Counted from the stretch's first letter, positions 14,738-29,700 are shown. The stretch: DNA of 64,000 nt from Octopus vulgaris (GCA_951406725.2 OX597826.1:61938001-62002000), one strand, 5' to 3'. Translations and numbers: made by a program. The notes: generated by a model not told the origin, from the letters alone.

Positions 14738-14945
14738 GGACAACTGAAGAAGGGGAATATTCCTTGTGTTGTATGTCTTGTACTATGTTTTTTCGTCGTT
14801 TGAAAAAATTCCGTTTCCATGTTTTAGTTTTTATGTTTTCGTCTCTCATTGTGTTCAACGTTTTTTTGGTGCCCTGTACCCATATATGCATGTATATATA
14901 AATACAGATGTAGGTATATACATATATGTGCACATATGTACCCAT
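14738..14945 (+). mobile_element. Short TA-embedded dispersed element (family D) with CTGAWGA half-core
   Basis: CTGAAGAAGGGGAATATTCCTTG..GTGCCCTG..GATGTAGGTATATAC recurs inverted at 63535-63760. Confidence 0.75.
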
Positions 14946-15294
14946 ATATGCATGCATATATACATTTAGATGTAGGTATGTACATATATATATATGCATA
15001 TGTTTACATATTATTTTGTTTATATATATATATATGTGTGTGTTTGTGTGTGTATATGTATACATACATATATATATATACATATATATATGTGTGTGTG
15101 TGTATATCAAATGAAAGACAGAAGATGGAATATACGAGAATTTATTATTAATCAAACGATTGTTACGACACATCTAACATCGATTCCTCTTAGTTGGGAC
15201 ACTCAGCAACTGGTTCAGGAGCATCCGGTGGTGCAGATGTAACTCGTCGCGATATAAATAAATAAATACAACTCGCTAAAATGACTGTTTCACA

Positions 15295-15368
<74 letters not shown>

Positions 15369-16745
15369 CATCATCATCATCATTTGCACATACTTAAACG
15401 CAGACACACATGTGAATATATATATATGTAACTACAAACGCACATACATACATAAATATATATGTATTTTACTACATATATATATGCATATTCGCACACA
15501 CTCGTGCACACACGCACATACACGCATGTATGTTTGTTTTTACATACACACACATGAAGGAAGATAATGAACTGAAATTAAGAGAACTTTGATCCAATTT
15601 TTCATGTAAAATTCAGCGTTTGGAGTCACATATATAAGTGCCGATAAGAAAATTGTTTCGCAACCGTATAGTTATGTATGCAATCCCATTGCTTGGCATC
15701 TCGAGCAAATTCGATTTTTTTCCTTTTTGTTATTAACGCATCTTTTGTGTGTAATCTGGTAAGCAGATTACATATACAAACAGTAAACAGTTTCGAAATG
15801 GTAGGCGTTAGAATATCTGTTGTTGAGTTTTACATTCAGTCTGTCATCTGGCCTAGCGCTCTCCATTGAACCTTCTGTGGGCTCAACATTGTTGTAAATA
15901 TTCTGGACTGGCATTCAATTGCATGGCTTTCTCACACCTACCTGTTTTGCAGTTTCTATTGAGGGTCATATATGCTGGTCTTTTTACTTTCAGTAATTGA
16001 ACAAGCCCCCAGTAGTTTATCAATGTATGTACAAAAAGTATTGTTCTTCTATACAATATTAGAATTTAGTAATTTCATGATCCAGTAAGCAATTACTTAC
16101 AGAACATAACAAGAAGGTTCTTCTTGCTCCGATATTCGTGATACATGTTAGAACTGATAAGTGTATGGTCTTTCCGTATCACACTACTATATGGAAATCT
16201 ACTTGTAGGAATTCGTAGAAAATCAAACACTAACCAAACTTTTGTTGCAACAGCAATACACGCGATTACGTTTTATGTTTCAAAGAGAAGAGGGATCGAG
16301 TAGGATATAACATATAAATAAACCAGCCAAATCTATTTAAAATCATATTCGACTTTAAAAAGAATGAACATATTGGTTAGCGACTGATACACACTGAAAC
16401 TGAAAAAATTTCGATGGTCAAAATACATAATATAATGAGAAGTATAGTATGACCGTAATGAGAGAACGGTCATAGTTGGAACTGACGTGATTAAGGTTCT
16501 CCACTGTTAAAACTTGTAGGGTATTAAAAAATAACACAGTCTCGCTGTGGTGTAATGGATATAATGGATATTATCATACATTCACATTCTTGGCTCCATT
16601 TTAACCACAGGTCTATCGTCTATTCAAATAATGGAGTTAGAGTTGACCACGAAAATTATCAACAGTTTTAATCATCCTAGAAGACCCTTCATACATTTGT
16701 GTAGCAAACAACTGACCAAAAATTTACAATGTAATTACAACACAC

Positions 16746-16808
<63 letters not shown>

Positions 16809-17278
16809 TTTTCTTTCTACTTTCGTTCTCTCTATTTTCTGTTTTTTTCTCTTTCTTCCGGTTTCCCCAATTCCTTCCTGTCTTCCTTTCTATCTTTTTA
16901 TCTTTCTTTCACAGACATACACACACATATATGCGAACGTATCTACAAACACACATGCATAGGCACACATATATACACACTCATAAATACAAATATATAT
17001 GCGCACACTTGTATATACACTCTTATAGGTTCAAAATAAAGAGGATTCCAATTCACTTGCAAATTTCTTCAACTACCTCACCCCCCCCCCCCGACACTTA
17101 TATATATATATTTAATATATATACATATATAGAAGACAAAGGTTTTGTAAAAAATTCATTTCTGATGAATCACTGAAACAAGATGAAAGGGTTAAATAAG
17201 TAATTATCTAAAGTTCTGACTACGTTTTTCGTAATATATAAGACCTGTACACCACTTCAAACAATCTACACATTAACA

Positions 17279-17365
<87 letters not shown>

Positions 17366-17394
17366 ATATGTATATGTGCATGCCTTCGTATTTG

Positions 17395-17605
17395 TGATTG
17401 TTTTTCTCTTCCAACTGCTTGGCAACCAGTGTTACTTCGTTTACGTCCATGCAACATAGGTTTGGTAAAAGAAAACGATAAAATAAGTACCAGACATTAA
17501 ACGTATAAGTATTGGGCTCGATTTCTTCGACTAAACTCTGCAAGGGTGGTGCACCAGCATGGCCGCATTTATATGAATGAAACAATTTAAGGATAAAAAA
17601 TAAAG
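17395..17605 (+). mobile_element. SINE family C, 3' part
   Basis: TTTACGTCC..ATAAGTACCAG..CGACTAAA..CCAGCATGGCCGCA..TGAAACAA shared with copies at 23.3, 27.1 and 46.4 kb. Confidence 0.75.
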
Positions 17606-18896
17606 GATATGTGGCTTTGATATTCAAAGAAGCATGTTGTTTATAACGTCCTTCTGTATAATCGGTTTACTACTTCTCTTATTAATTTATTTAGATGCGT
17701 TTGCCTTACTGTTCAGTTCACAAAATACAAATTATCATAAATCATGATTATTAGAAAATGTTCTTGAAAAGGCAAAATCTTTGCAATAATCCACAGCAGA
17801 TTTATAACTATACAAAATTGATTAGAGTCGCCAACTTATACTATGACTAAATGTTATATGAACATCATGTTTCACTTAGATACTTTGTTCCTTAAATTCC
17901 GTTTAGACTAGGTTAAAAGTACCTTGTGCACAGGAAATATATTGGTGATATACAAATTCATAAGTGCACAATAACACACAAACACACTGTTGCAAATTAT
18001 GCGAAAATTCAAATACGTAGACACATGGATTTTATGCACAAATATATTCATACATAAACACACGTTTGTGAATATATTAACCAACTTATACAAACGAACA
18101 AGGACACGCCCATACGCATATATATATATGAATACATATATATGTATACACACATATATATATATATATATCTATGTATGTATGCACTATTATATGTGTG
18201 TGTGATTATTTGTGAACGCACAAACACATACATACACACACACATACATATTCACATATACTCACAAGTACGTGCACACGTACATATGAATCTATTTGTG
18301 AGCATGTGTGACTTTGAATCTGTATGTGTTTAGAGGGCGGTTTTTATGTCTGTGTGAGTGCCCGTGCGCTTGTATGGACGTGAGCGGTTTTTTACCATAT
18401 AGAATTTTATAGATAAAAGACAAAGTAGCGCATTTCGATAAAATAGCTTTTTTGAATGCCTATGCAGGAAATAGTTGAAATATTAAAGAGTCAAAGATTT
18501 AAACTACATAATAAAGTGCAAAACTTCTTTTAATGACAACGGGGATGGCATCGGTTTATTGCAATGCGAACGAAGACAAAACTGTCATACAGCTTTCATA
18601 TATATATATTCATGAGTGTAGACCATATCACTATCTTTCTGCTTGAAATACTAGATATTCATACTGTCTTGTGATATATAGCTCGCCGGTAATATAATCC
18701 AAATTTGGAAAGAACGCAACCTACTATGGTGTTTTAGCGGAATTTTAAAGATATCGAACATTTACAAAAGTGTGTTTGTCGTATGATTGTATCATTATTC
18801 GGAAATCTACTTACTTGAGGTTTGTGTACGTTTATGTGTATGTGTGTAGGGGACTATCGATATATATGAAAATATAGACACACATATATGTATGTA

Positions 18897-18951
<55 letters not shown>

Positions 18952-18994
18952 TATGTATATGTATATATAAGTACACCGAAGTACACACACAAAA

Positions 18995-19215
18995 ATGGCA
19001 TATAGTATGTAAGGATCCCATAAAATTCAAAAGTTCACTTGACAAATTTATTAAAAAAAAACCGAAGCAATCTCCTGCACCCGGGTATGCCTCCAACAAT
19101 AATAACTCTTTGCTAGAGTGGGCCATGGTGCCCTATATAGGATTGAAAGACTGCACCAGGTGGTGATATTAAGTTAGACATGGCCTGGGTTTAAAATGAC
19201 CGAAACCTATCAAAG
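18995..19215 (+). mobile_element. CR1/L2-group LINE 3' end
   Basis: FKSSLDKFIKK..PAPGYASNNNNSLLEW resembles the C-terminal FKxxLD..PDxP..NSL motif. Confidence 0.6.
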
Positions 19216-19247
19216 ATATCGTAGCTATATATATATATATATATATA

Positions 19248-19720
19248 GGAGAACAAAGTGTACGTCCGCCGCTATATATATAGCGATACAAAAAACAAGG
19301 ACGGGTCATTCGAAGCTTTCTATCCTCAGTCAAGAAGCAGATCATCCACGCAATTTCGGTTGATTAATCTTAAGATTGCTCCAGTCTGACCAGTCCCAAG
19401 GAAAAACTAAGCTAAGAGCATTAGATTCCTTGGAAGAAAGCTTCGAATGTATACAAAAACAAGGACGGAAAAACAGACAATGTTACACAAAATTCAATAA
19501 ATACAATATAAATACGATATAAATACAATAAAAATAATAACAGGACATAACAACAGGTGTCTTTCGACTGGGGACGAATTGAATTCAGCTGGCGTGTATG
19601 GAAATGAAGCCTTACGGCAGAGATACAACAGTTTTGCAAACACAGGGAAGAAAATCGATGCTGCACGTACCACGGTCAGACCCAAAAACAGAGCGAGGAG
19701 TCTGGCCTATCGGTCACGTG
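19248..19720. mobile_element. TA-embedded structured element with nested inverted repeats
   Basis: CATTCGAAGCTTTCT (19307-19321) pairs with AGAAAGCTTCGAATG (19435-19449). Inner CCAAGGAA/TTCCTTGG pair. Confidence 0.55.
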
Positions 19721-20247
19721 GGAAGAGAAGAGAGAGAAAATAGAAGCAGAGGAACAAAAGAATTAAGGAGGGGAAGAGAAGAGAGAGAGAGAGTTGTAGA
19801 AGCAGAAGAACAGAAGAATTAAGGAGGGGCGAGAAAAAATGACAAGGGCATAGTGAAGTGAAAAGTAGAGTGAAAGTGAGTAAGAAGAGAAGGCAAATAT
19901 ATTTGAGAGAGGGGGAACGAAAGAAGGAAGAGAGGAATGAACGTATATAGGTTGATTAATGAACGAATGAAAAGGTTGATAGAAATAGAATAGTAGCTAG
20001 TACTTCTAGCATTAGGGTTGTCCACATGGTGGTCAGCCCTCTCATACGTATGCAATACAATTTACTGAAACTTCAGTTATTTAATATGCTAGACCACTGG
20101 TGTTAAATTGATCTTATCAAATTAATATCCAATTTTTCACTCTCATTTTAATTATATATATACATAAATATATATAACATATATTATATAATTATATATT
20201 ATATATTATATACATACATAACACAAATATATATGTACATTTATATA

Positions 20248-20310
<63 letters not shown>

Positions 20311-21142
20311 TGAGAGAGAGAGAGAAAGAGAGAGAGAAAGCGAGGTGCAAACATGAATGCAAATATACATATGCACAACTACTGTGTTGATGATGCTGAA
20401 ATTCCATCGGGGTTGCTGTGGATGTAGGTTAGAACCCGACTCTTCTCCATCCAAAAAAGTTCACAAATAAAATCAAATGATAGTATGCCTACATACATGC
20501 TGTTATACCCAACAATCATTGTTCAAGGGCTCTTTGCCCGATATGCTCTAGGAATCTTCAATTTTCGTATTTTCTATATTGATATAAATCGTTATTCCTT
20601 ATTGATATAACATCGATGGATTATATCATATATACGCAAGTTTTCAGTTAAAATATTCCCAGAAACTATATATCCAATGATCTCAATTCATAGAATATTT
20701 TCCGCATCTTTTATTTGTATGTCCTGTCATTTGAAAAAGAAAAAAAGGCACGAAGAATTTACACATCACAACATAAGCACATGGTCTTGTATGGAAAACA
20801 CAAAAATAAAATAAGCTCTCTATTGCAGCATCCAGCCAAAGCCAAACCTCGATTGGATGCGATTCAAACATTCCTATGCACATCCTTCCAAAAAATGTTT
20901 TGAAGTAGGTTTCGACTTTCCTATGAGAATTTCTTCCAATTTCTATTACTGTCAAATATTATAGATACGGGATGTTCCTCTTCATATCACCATTATCATA
21001 GGATAAGAAACATGAAATCGAATAACAGTTAGTAAAGTTATCAACTTTCAATCATTATTATAAGCCTCTTCTATAGGCACCATCTTATCTTCTTCATACA
21101 ACTTCTATCCTATAACACAACTATATGTATCTCTATTTGTAT

Positions 21143-21179
<37 letters not shown>

Positions 21180-21241
21180 CACCTATCTAAATTCATAAGT
21201 CTATATACGCCTACATACATATATGTATGTATAATTATATG

Positions 21242-21298
<57 letters not shown>

Positions 21299-21394
21299 GT
21301 ACACACACACACACATACAAATATATGTATATTGACTATTCGCGTCTTTGAAAATAGAAATCGAATCAACAGCAAACTACATTGCCTCAGAATA

Positions 21395-22000
<606 letters not shown>

Positions 22001-22192
22001 AATGAAAAAAGAAAAGTATATTGGGGATGATAATGAAAGAAATATTGGTGGTTATTCTGGTGCTGACAGTAATCGATTAAACTTATTTATTAAAATCTGT
22101 GAGGTGTAAATATTGTGTCTTGCAGAGTGAATCGGGTCTGCCAAAAAGCTTGAGAAAACTACATACATCATTAATACACCCAGATACATAAG

Positions 22193-22225
<33 letters not shown>

Positions 22226-22591
22226 ATTTGTGTCTGTATGTGTGTGTGTCTGTGTGTGTGTTTGTGTTTACTGATAAAAACATACATACACCTACAGACA
22301 TTTAATGAATCGAAAGTTCTGTCTATATAGAATAGCAGTGTATCAATAATTCCAATACTTGAGGAAGAATGGAACGGGTGGAATGTGAAAGTAGGCGAAA
22401 AAGTTTTGCTGTAGAAAATAAAACCTAACCAAAACGATGGAGTAATTGTTCTACATGTTAGAATGAGGAAAACCGGCAAACGCACAGGCATCGTTTTGTC
22501 GTTAAGATGTACGCCTTGTAACATGCTTTCGGGCTATAAATACATACAAACACAAACAAACACACACACATATACATACATACATACACTC

Positions 22592-22697
<106 letters not shown>

Positions 22698-23082
22698 GCA
22701 TGTCCGTATATGAACGTGATTTTTACGTTTTGTATACTTCCTTATGTTTTTTTCTGTATTGTAACTTTTAACCATGTTTTTTCTTGTGCTTGTGCGTATA
22801 TAGTCGTATGTATGAACTTTTACGGTACGCGCGTGTGTGTGTGTATGAGTTTGTATATATATGTGTATTCATTTGGCGAAAAATGCGAGTGAACGTGTAT
22901 ACGTTTTCATAGTGACGTATAAGTACGCACGTCGGTCCGCGAGCGCACATGTGAGCGCATGAGTAGCCACGTTTACGTGTTTACTATGAACTTTTAATCT
23001 TAATTTATATAAGTAGCGGAATTATAACACAGTAATTTCCCTTTATTTAACGGTATTTTTTCATAGCGTTTTTCAGATGGCC

Positions 23083-23145
23083 AGATAACAGAAGAGATGG
23101 TGTTGTGGATTTCCACTTCGGCATCCGAAACTCAGAGTTTTATCT
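23083..23145 (+). ncRNA. Type-I hammerhead-ribozyme-like motif (core mutated to CAGAAGA)
   Basis: AGATAA-CAGAAGA-GATG..GTGGA-TT-TCCAC..CATCC-GAAA-CTCAGA-GTT-TTATCT. Perfect 6-bp stem I; stem III ACTCAGAGT is identical to that at 49.4 kb. Confidence 0.65.
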
Positions 23146-23309
23146 TGACTATTGTATAATTGTAACATATTATTTTATAAATAAATTTCCTCTATTTACA
23201 TAATATTGAGGCCTCTTTCTTTCTTTTGTTATCGTACCATTTTTACCAATATATATGTATATATATATATATATATATAATGTTTGTGTGCTTTCCTGAT
23301 TGTTCTCTC

Positions 23310-23476
23310 AAGGCTTGGCAAGTGATTTTGGTTTGTTTATGTCCCTCTGTCTGATCCGTTCGGCAAAAAGGACCAGTAGAATAGGTTCCGGGCCAATGAA
23401 CAAATAAATAAATATTGGGGCAACTTTTTCGAGCCCATCAATGTGTAACTCTAGTATGGCCGCAGCAAAATGTCTG
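23310..23476 (+). mobile_element. SINE family C 3' part (degenerate)
   Basis: GTTCGGCAAAAAGGACC..AGTATGGCCGCAG..TGAAA. Confidence 0.6.
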
Positions 23477-23492
23477 AAATAGGTAAATAATA

Positions 23493-23705
23493 TTTTCTAC
23501 TAGAAGCACAATGCTTGATATTTGGAGGAGGTGGATAGTCGATATAATCGACCCCAGAGTTACACTATTACTTAATCTATCGACCCCGAAAGAATAAAAG
23601 GCAAAGACGACCTCAGCAGAATTTGAAATCAGAAGGTGAAGACGGACAAAATACCGCTAAGCATTTCGTCCGACGCGCTAATGATTCTGCTAGCTCGCCG
23701 CCTTC
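23493..23705 (-). mobile_element. SINE family A variant with alternative 3' tail
   Basis: Family A head and core, different tail. Perfect 16-bp TSD AAATAGGTAAATAATA at 23477-23492 and 23706-23721. Confidence 0.88.
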
Positions 23706-23850
23706 AAATAGGTAAATAATAAAAGATAATTATAGAGCCATTGCAAAAACATTTACAAGGCATATTTAACTGAAGTTTAAAATGTATTACTAGAGACTGT
23801 AAACTATGAAAAGCTCTACCTTGTACTGAAGCTCAGCAAATATATTCAAA

Positions 23851-24071
23851 ACACATATATAAAGGATATGTATTTGAATTATATTTTATCCACTAGGATG
23901 AAATATAATTATACATAACTAGCGGGACACGTGAGTATTTCACTGAATTAATGGTAAACTTACACATATATAAAGTATATGTATTGAATTATATTCCATC
24001 CACTAGGATGAAATATAATTATATATAACTAGCGAGATACGTGAGTATTTCACTGAATTAATGGTAAACTT
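23851..24071. repeat. Tandem duplication of about 110 bp
   Basis: ACACATATATAAAG..CACTAGGATGAAATATAATT..TGGTAAACTT occurs twice with few differences. Confidence 0.9.
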
Positions 24072-24659
24072 ATTGGATTATTTCTGAAAACTTTATTCAC
24101 AAAACCTGAAAGCGTAGTCTCCGTTGTGTCTGTATCAAAATATGGTCGTTCATCTGCTAATCATTGAAAATCCGAAGTGAAATATTAACAACCGCACGAA
24201 CAACAGCAACAACAACGGTTTATTGTAGCTATCATCAACATACATTTAAAATCGTTTACCTCGCGTGCTCAAACTAGAACCTCACATTCGCATTTTGCAT
24301 TCACTGATATTTTTGCATGCAGATTCACCTATAGCATTCGTACATTTGACACCACTTCACAATATACGTCAGAAGCCACATTCAGAGTACTATTTTACTC
24401 TCAAAGCATTATTTAAAATTCGCAATAGTATTTACATTTCACTCTAAAATATACATTTTACGTTTTGTGCTGCACCTTGAGAGGACCATTACACCAATAA
24501 TAAACACAGGGACCGGTTTTATTTTTCTATTGGTTAAATACTTAACCAATTAGTTAATCGATCGTTTGACTAATAGCTCGGTCAAACAACCAGTTACTTT
24601 GGATTTTTCAATGTTCTTTTGTCGCCATCTACGAACTCATGGACATGCATTTTGCGCTT

Positions 24660-25098
24660 CAGGTTTCCTCCAACTCTTTTTAGCTCTTACCTAGTTTACA
24701 GGTTCTAGTATGTATTTCTTGAGAGAAAAAGAAAGTATATTTTTCGTGTGCGTATGCGCGTCTGTGTGTGTGTGTGTGTGTGTATGTGTGTGTGTGGATG
24801 TGTGTGTATGCCCGCTCATGCTGCAACATCCAGGTTTCTTCCACTTCTTTCTAGCTGCTTCTCAGCTTACAGGTTCTAGTATATATATATTTCTTTGGAG
24901 GAAAAAAGCATATTTTTCATGTGTGTGTGTGTGTGCGTGCGTGCGTGTGTGTGTGTGTGTGTGTGTGTTTGTGTGTGTTTGTGTGTATGTGCGTGCGTGT
25001 GTTTGTAATACTGTGTGTGTGTGTGTGCGTGCGTGTGTTTGTAAAACTCTGTGTGTGTGTGTGTGTGTGTGTTGACGCCCCGTCATGCTGCAACATCC
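24660..25098. repeat. Diverged tandem duplication, each unit containing a (GT)n tract
   Basis: CAGGTTTC..TACAGGTTCTAGTAT..(GT)n..CATGCTGCAACATCC occurs twice. Confidence 0.75.
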
Positions 25099-25553
25099 CT
25101 CAAAGTGATGACCCAGCATTGCTGCCGCCATATTGATGGAGCGAATAAGATATTAAATATGTATGTGCGAGTGTGCGCTCTTGTGTGGGAGCAAAAATTA
25201 AATAGCCATTTCATACTCAGGCGCCTATTATCACTGATTCACATAACCCTCATTCAGATTAACATTTTATACATAGAATAACATATTGAACACTCGTCCT
25301 CATATTTTCAGAGCAGATTTACATTCCATCCACATATTCACATGCCTCAGCAATATAGTAAATATTAAAGAAACTTTCACAGACGACATATTATTTATAC
25401 CCAATATATTTATATTCATATCATTACACCTAAGACACAACTATGTTTCATTTTAATACATTCTAATAATGATATTTTTTATTCCCTTATTTATCTTTTA
25501 TGTTTAGTTTGGAACAATGAAGTTCCAAAGTCCATTAATGATTATAGATATAA

Positions 25554-25599
<46 letters not shown>

Positions 25600-26107
25600 C
25601 TTTAGACATATGTTTATGAATATATGTATATATACATATACATATATAAACGTATGATACACACACATATATGTATATATATATATATATATACATATAT
25701 GTGTGTGTGTATCGTATGTTTATATATGTATATGTATATATATGTAGATATACATACAATCACAAACATATGACTAAAGTAATGGAATTATTTATGCATG
25801 GTATACACACACACATACACACACACACAACACACACACAAACACTCAAACAAAACACGTGTGCGTGCTTTGTAATGTATACGTCTGTGTGAAGAGCGAA
25901 GGAAGAGGCAGGGAGAATATACATAGGAGGAAGGGTGAATCTCGTCGAATTCTTTTCTATGAAAAATTTATAAAACATAAATAAAAATTATTTAATGCGT
26001 TTTTCAAAGGAGATATCTCATGTACAATGTACCATTGGCTGTTTAGCAACTCAGATATGAATACAGACACAGGCCGCACATGCGCATATGTATATGTATA
26101 TACAAGC

Positions 26108-26170
<63 letters not shown>

Positions 26171-26750
26171 CATAGATACATGTATATATATGTATACGTA
26201 TATATATATTTCTATATATGTATGCTATATGAATATCTGTGTATATTTATGTGTGTGTGCGAATGGTTACGTATGTATATATATATATACACACACATAC
26301 AGACACACACATATATCTATATATTTGTGTGTGTGTGTGTGTGTTTGTTTGCGTGTGCACAGTAGACACACATTCAGGCAGAAATGAGGATTCATACGGA
26401 TGAAAACATAAAAATCAAAATTAACACATAAACACATTAACACATTAACACATAAACATATGTACGTGTGTATGTTCGCATGTTCAAGTGTGTGTATCTG
26501 AGTGGGAATGTATGTGTGCGCGCATGTATGCATGAGCGTGTGCGTGTGGATGTCTGTGAGCGTGTATGCGTCTGTAAATTCCAGTGAGGTGCCAACGAAA
26601 TATATATTTGGAATTACAATACATGGCTTATTGCATAAGTATCAAAGAGAAATAATCAAAGCAAGACAAAATCAACGAGAGAAACATCAGCAGCAGCGTT
26701 ATCATTCACACATATAAAGTGCTTATGAAAAACTCAGCAGCACAAATTGG

Positions 26751-26846
<96 letters not shown>

Positions 26847-27033
26847 ATCTATCTATCTATCTATCTATATATCTATCTATCTATCTTTCTATCTATGCCT
26901 ATGTAGAATTATATTTACATATGTATATAAATAATTAAGTATAGTTGCTACGCACATATTAACGCAGAATAATATACGTACATGGTTGAATGTACACATG
27001 CATTTTATATATATCTATGTATCTATCTATCTA

Positions 27034-27097
<64 letters not shown>

Positions 27098-27099
27098 TT

Positions 27100-27659
27100 T
27101 GATTTTTTACTTGTTTCCGCCATTAGACTCTGGCCATTCTGGGGCACCATCTTTGAGATTTTTTGAATTTTTATGGTCGAATGAAATACACCAACACGGG
27201 TTGTCATTGGTGGTCTCGAGCAAACACATAGTCACACACACAAACACTCACTCACACAAACACACACACACACATGAATGTAGCATGGTCTTCTTTCAGT
27301 TTCCTATTTCTTTATTGCCCACAAGGGGATAAACATAAAGGAGACAAACAAGGACAGACAAAGGGATTAAGTCGATTACGTCGACTTAATTTATCGACGC
27401 CGAAAGGAGGAAAGGCAATGTCGACCTCGGCGGAAATTTGAACTCAAAACATAACTGCAGACGAAACACGGCTAAGCATTTCGCCCGGCGTGCTAACGTT
27501 TCTGCTAGCTCGCCGCCTTATATCTTCTTTCAGTTTCCGTCCACCATATTCACTCACAAGAGTTTGGTCCATCCAACGCTATAGGAGAAGACATTTTTGG
27601 GACTGATCCTGGAACCATGTGGTTGGGGAAGAAGCATCTTACCACACAGCCACGCCTGC
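27100..27659 (-). mobile_element. SINE family C (tRNA-like head at 27600-27659) interrupted by a family A SINE
   Basis: Minus-strand head GCAGGCGTGGCTGTGTGGTAAG..CATGGTTCCAGG; tail at 27100-27160. Confidence 0.75.
27305..27522 (-). mobile_element. SINE family A nested in family C
   Basis: Perfect 16-bp TSD TCTTCTTTCAGTTTCC at 27289-27304 and 27523-27538. Confidence 0.92.
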
Positions 27660-27729
27660 TTGTGTGTGTGTGTGTCTGTGTGTGTCACTGTGTGTTTGTG
27701 TTTGTGTGTGTGTGTGTATAACAGAGCTA

Positions 27730-29700
27730 ATAGTGAAGGATTATCAATCCGGGTAAAATACTTCATAAGCTCTCTATTAACACACCAGGCTAACAATATT
27801 ATTTAGATTAGTGAAGAAATCCGTTGCTACAACATGGCATTAACGGAGGCCGGCTATATTGAACAAAATCAACAACATCCCTGAGTGCGATTCGTGTACG
27901 AAAGAGGATTTTACTCCACCTGTATAATACAACTCATGTACGACCTGTTGGGGCAACGGTGGAGTGATAATAAATAATAGGAGGAACAGATGCAAGAGGA
28001 AATTAAACATAAACACTAACCTCACGTTAGGGCGCCCCGAGGTTGGTACGCTCCTTATAATTAGTAAGTCTAGCAAGATAACGGAACATAATCGAAAGGA
28101 TAAGACATGCGGATGAGATTTTAGACCCACTGGTAAGAAAACAAGAACAACGATCCCCACTGAACGACAGCCAAAATAGGAACAGGGAGAGACTTGAATT
28201 AGACACCAGGGTTAAGGACCTAGATGAAAATGAGACTAGTTATAATGACAACAGAGATCAGAATAAACATAAACCGAATAACCCAGGGAAGAAAAGGGGT
28301 AAGATAGATTATCACAATATAAATAAGAAAAAGTAATATGGTCCATTGCTCCATTTGGGGTCCAAATCGATACTAATATTCACAAAAAATTCTTTGCAGC
28401 TCTAGACAAACATTTCCTGTATGAAAGATTGTTTAACCGGTACAATGTAAAATTTGCCTACTCCACTACTAGGAACCTAGCACAAATTATAACGTCCCAC
28501 AACTCCCGTAGATTAAGGGAATTATAAAGCTTAAATTCAACAGACCTACACCGGAATAAAACACATAATAAATACATGGACATGGAGGAGTGTATAAATA
28601 CTATTAGTGATAGAAATAGCCATAAATATATTAGGAATAATAACGATAATCAGACAACATTTTAGTTATAACGCTAGTAATAACGATGGTAACGAGTCGA
28701 CTAAAATCAGTAACGAGAAGGGTCGTGGGGGGCATGGTCTGAATGAAGGTCGAGATCGCATGAGAAATGCGAGTAATAAGAGCGTAGGAAACAATGGAAA
28801 GGAAATACAAATTAAGGCTTATGGTAAGAATAATTGGGAGGACAATATAAATAAAAATGATACTCTAAATGACAAGACCCGTGGCAGTGGTGGTCATGGT
28901 GATGATGACAAGAGTAACAATAATATGGATGGTAACTGTAATGGTAATGACGGTGGTAATATCAAAAAGGCTGCGAGCTGGCATATATGTTAGCACGCCG
29001 GGTTAAATGCCTTGCGATATTTCGTCTGCCGTTTCGTACTGTGTTCAAATTCCGCCGAGATCGACTTTGCCTTTCATCCTTTCGAGGTCGATTAAATAAG
29101 TACTAGTTAATCACTGGGGTCGATGTAATCGACCTAATCCCCCTGTCTATCCTTGTTTGCCCCCTCTATGTTTAGGACCCTATGGGCAATAAAGAAATAA
29201 TTATTAATGATAACGGTAATGACACCTATTGTGGTAATATCTGCTCAGATAGTAACAATAGAAAGGACGGTGCCGGTTGTAAATGTAGAGGGGATACGGA
29301 ATGTGTTTTAGATAAATCATATTTTGAAAGAAATATAGTATATGAACGTACAGTAGTAACCCGGAACAAAATTTGCCAGTACATAGGATGCTGCGCGATG
29401 ACATTTAAGCTCTGGTGTTACAACCACATCTCGTCATTTAGGCATAAAAATAAAGAAACTGTGACATCACCTAGCAAGCAAATATGGAGACCTAGGGTGG
29501 AAACACACAGGATACGAGCAAAATTATCAATCCTTAGTCGAGCTAAACCATACGAAATAGGTCGAAGTAAATGTGAACTTTGCCTACGGGAGTAAATCCA
29601 AATCCTCACGCCAATGAGTAGTTTTATTAACCGTAGGCAGGAATTAGTGATACGATGTAAGCATTTTTATAAATCGTTCACTAGATTCCCTGATTAACTT
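27730..29700 (+). mobile_element. Penelope-like element 3' half (RT thumb, linker, GIY-YIG), pseudogenised
   Basis: YNMALTEAGY; TNIHKKFFAALDKHF..LFNRYNVKFAYSTTRNLAQIITSHN; CKCRGDTEC..NIVY..YIGCCAMTFKLWCYNHISSF..CELCLRE..NRRQELVIRCKH. Confidence 0.88.
28969..29198 (+). mobile_element. SINE family A inserted in the Penelope linker
   Basis: Same head, core and tail as 9005-9236. Confidence 0.9.
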
